Sequence record: DRR723986_5317
Direction: 5' to 3' (one strand)
DNA length: 64,000 nt
This document shows positions 61,904 to 64,000 of this stretch, piece after piece (position 1 is the first letter of the stretch; each line of letters starts with the position of its first letter). The translations under genes and the position numbers were made by a program. The notes beneath the pieces are model-generated. The model searched no databases. It was not told the origin of the DNA and worked only from the letters and a program-made list of their open reading frames with translations.

Positions 61904-62254
61904 ATGCAAATACAAGTTGTAAAATCGAAAATTCACCGTGTTAAATGTACTGGTGCTGATTTAAATTACATTGGTAGTATAACTATTGATGAAGATTTAA
62001 TGGATGCAGCTAATATCATTCAAGGTGAAAAAGTTCAGATTGTAAACAATAATAATGGTGAACGATTAGAAACCTATTGTATACCAGGACCAAGAAATAG
62101 TGGTGAAATTACCTTAAATGGTGCGGCCGCTCGTAAGGTTGCTGTTGGTGATATCTTAATTTTAATCACCTATGCTTTTATGGATATTGAAAAAGCTAAA
62201 GTATTTAAACCTTCTTTAGTGTTTCCGGATGAAGCAACGAATCTTCTAAAATAA
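61904..62254 (+). CDS. panD: Aspartate 1-decarboxylase
   Basis: [20 protein letters not shown]. Confidence 0.97.
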   Translation: MQIQVVKSKIHRVKCTGADLNYIGSITIDEDLMDAANIIQGEKVQIVNNNNGERLETYCIPGPRNSGEITLNGAAARKVAVGDILILITYAFMDIEKAKVFKPSLVFPDEATNLLK

Positions 62255-62258
62255 ATAA

Positions 62259-63212
62259 TTGAACAATCCTAAAACCATCCTAAAAGTTGTATTACCCTTA
62301 CTCTTAGGAGTTGCTTTAGTATGGTATTCATTATCACAGATTTCTGTTCCCACACTCGTTGAGTATTTTAAAAACGCTGATTATACATGGATAATTCTGG
62401 GCTTAGGTATGGGAGTATTAAGTCATGCATCTAGAGCATACAGATGGTTATATATGGCAGAACCGTTAGGTTTTAAGCCAAAACTTGCCAACAGTTTCAT
62501 GGCGGTTTATTCTGCGTACTTAATTAATTTCACCATTCCAAGAGCAGGGGAAATAGCAAGAGCTTCTATCTTAACAAATTATGAATCAATTCCTTTTGAA
62601 AAAGGATTTGGTACTATAGTAGCAGAACGCGTAGCAGATACAATTATGCTACTTCTAATTATTCTAACAGCGCTTTTTTTAGAGTTCGATGTAATATATG
62701 ACTTCTTCATGGATAAATTTAATCCGGTCACAGTTATACTTGGTTCTTCAGCTTTATTAGTAATGGGAGTGATATTGATTCTTTTTATTAAAAGAAGTCA
62801 ATCAAAGTTTGCCTTAAAGGTTAAAATCTTTTTCAATGGATTAATTGAAGGTGCATTAAGCATCTTTAAAATGAAAAAGAAATGGGCATTTATCTTTCAC
62901 ACTATATTTATTTGGGTAATGTATGTATTGATGTTTTTCGTTACCACATTTGCATTGCCAGAATTACAAGGTGTATCTGTTGCTGCTGTTCTTATAGCAT
63001 TTATTTTTGCTAGTTTTAGTATTGCTGCTACAAATGGTGGGATTGGTTCATTTCCAGAAGCAATAGTGCTGGCATTTTTATGGTTTAATGTTGCAGAAGA
63101 TCCAAGTAGAGCGTTTGGTTGGATTATGTGGTCAACACAGACTTTAGCAATCGTTGTTCTAGGAGGATTGTCATTAATTTACTTACCTATCTATAATAGG
63201 AGGAAAATTTGA
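62259..63212 (+). CDS. Lysylphosphatidylglycerol synthase TM-domain (YbhN/flippase-like) protein
   Basis: RAYRW, PRAGE..R, GTIVAER..D, GGIG; TTG start. Confidence 0.85.
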   Translation: MNNPKTILKVVLPLLLGVALVWYSLSQISVPTLVEYFKNADYTWIILGLGMGVLSHASRAYRWLYMAEPLGFKPKLANSFMAVYSAYLINFTIPRAGEIARASILTNYESIPFEKGFGTIVAERVADTIMLLLIILTALFLEFDVIYDFFMDKFNPVTVILGSSALLVMGVILILFIKRSQSKFALKVKIFFNGLIEGALSIFKMKKKWAFIFHTIFIWVMYVLMFFVTTFALPELQGVSVAAVLIAFIFASFSIAATNGGIGSFPEAIVLAFLWFNVAEDPSRAFGWIMWSTQTLAIVVLGGLSLIYLPIYNRRKI

Positions 63213-63261
63213 TTTTAGAAATATTTTTTACCTTGCTGAAACTTATTAAGTCAATTTACTA

Positions 63262-64000
63262 ATGAAGAAATCTTTAACTATTCTATTACTTTGTTTTGTA
63301 GCTTTAGGTTTGAATGCTCAAGCCATTTATGAAACAATTGATTCTTACAAGCTTGACGGTGAGAGAGAATTAAAAATTCAGTTGCCTAGAAACTATGATC
63401 CAGAATCTAAACGTTCTTACCCATTGGTTATAGTTTTAGATGGTGATTATCTCTTTGAACCTGTTGCTGGTAATATTGACTATCAAGCCTATTGGGAGGA
63501 CATTCCAGATTGTATTGTTGTAGGTGTAAAGCAGGGTAAAACAAGAGAAGATGACTTTTATTACGATAATGATGTGTTTTTTCCGGCGCATGAAGGAGCA
63601 AATTTTTATGAGTTTATTGCTGCTGAACTAATACCATATATAGAAGATAATTATAGCGCTTCAAATTTTCGTATTATAGTAGGTCACGATTTAGGTGCCA
63701 ATTTTATAAACTATTATTTATTTAAGGATGTGCCTTTATTTAGAGCATATGTGTCACTGAGTCCAGACTTTGCACCAGAAATGGTTAATAGATTATCAGA
63801 AAGATTGTCTAGTTTACAGCAAGAAACTTTTTATTATATGGCAACGGCAGATGCAGATGTGAAAGTACTTAGAAATTCTATTGTAGAATGTGATGCTGTT
63901 TTAAAACCAATTGAAAATAAGAAAGTGCATTATAAGTTTGATAATTTTGAAGACGCCAATCATTATTCGTTGGTTGGTCGCGGAATACCAAAAGCATTAA
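63262..64000 (+). CDS. Alpha/beta hydrolase (IroE/esterase-like), 3'-partial
   Basis: Manual translation MKKSLTILLL...LPRNY...YPLVIVLDGDYLF...ELIPYIE..Y....RIIVGHDLGA...LFRAYVSLSP; runs off window. Confidence 0.85.
   Translation, partial: MKKSLTILLLCFVALGLNAQAIYETIDSYKLDGERELKIQLPRNYDPESKRSYPLVIVLDGDYLFEPVAGNIDYQAYWEDIPDCIVVGVKQGKTREDDFYYDNDVFFPAHEGANFYEFIAAELIPYIEDNYSASNFRIIVGHDLGANFINYYLFKDVPLFRAYVSLSPDFAPEMVNRLSERLSSLQQETFYYMATADADVKVLRNSIVECDAVLKPIENKKVHYKFDNFEDANHYSLVGRGIPKAL

Overview
AT-rich chromosomal segment from a Bacteroidota / Flavobacteriaceae bacterium (inferred from T9SS cargo proteins, porZ, many TAnnTTTG -7 promoters, the isolated atpD-atpC pair and gene order; Winogradskyella-like is a guess). 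It is mostly housekeeping genes (metG, nadD-gmk-yicC, gdhA, porZ-recO, recX, atpDC, glmS, panCD), with TonB receptors and T9SS-secreted proteins. No rRNA, tRNA, CRISPR array, transposase or integrase was seen. Main points: (1) an unannotated 58-aa Lys-rich protein directly downstream of ferritin that carries the FhuF-type [2Fe-2S] motif CC-x10-C-x2-C, with its own promoter and an adjacent candidate iron/Fur box, i.e. a possible Bfd-like ferritin partner; (2) a dnaE2-dinB-SRAP mutagenesis cassette divergent from a LexA-like XRE/S24 repressor, with tandem CTAm-N5-kTAG palindromes over the dnaE2 promoter; (3) a flotillin gene broken by a -1 frameshift at an A7 run; (4) two deletion scars (an internally deleted tandem paralogue and a DinB-superfamily remnant); (5) a REP-like inverted pair between atpD and atpC. 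All family assignments come from motif recognition by eye; no database search was run.
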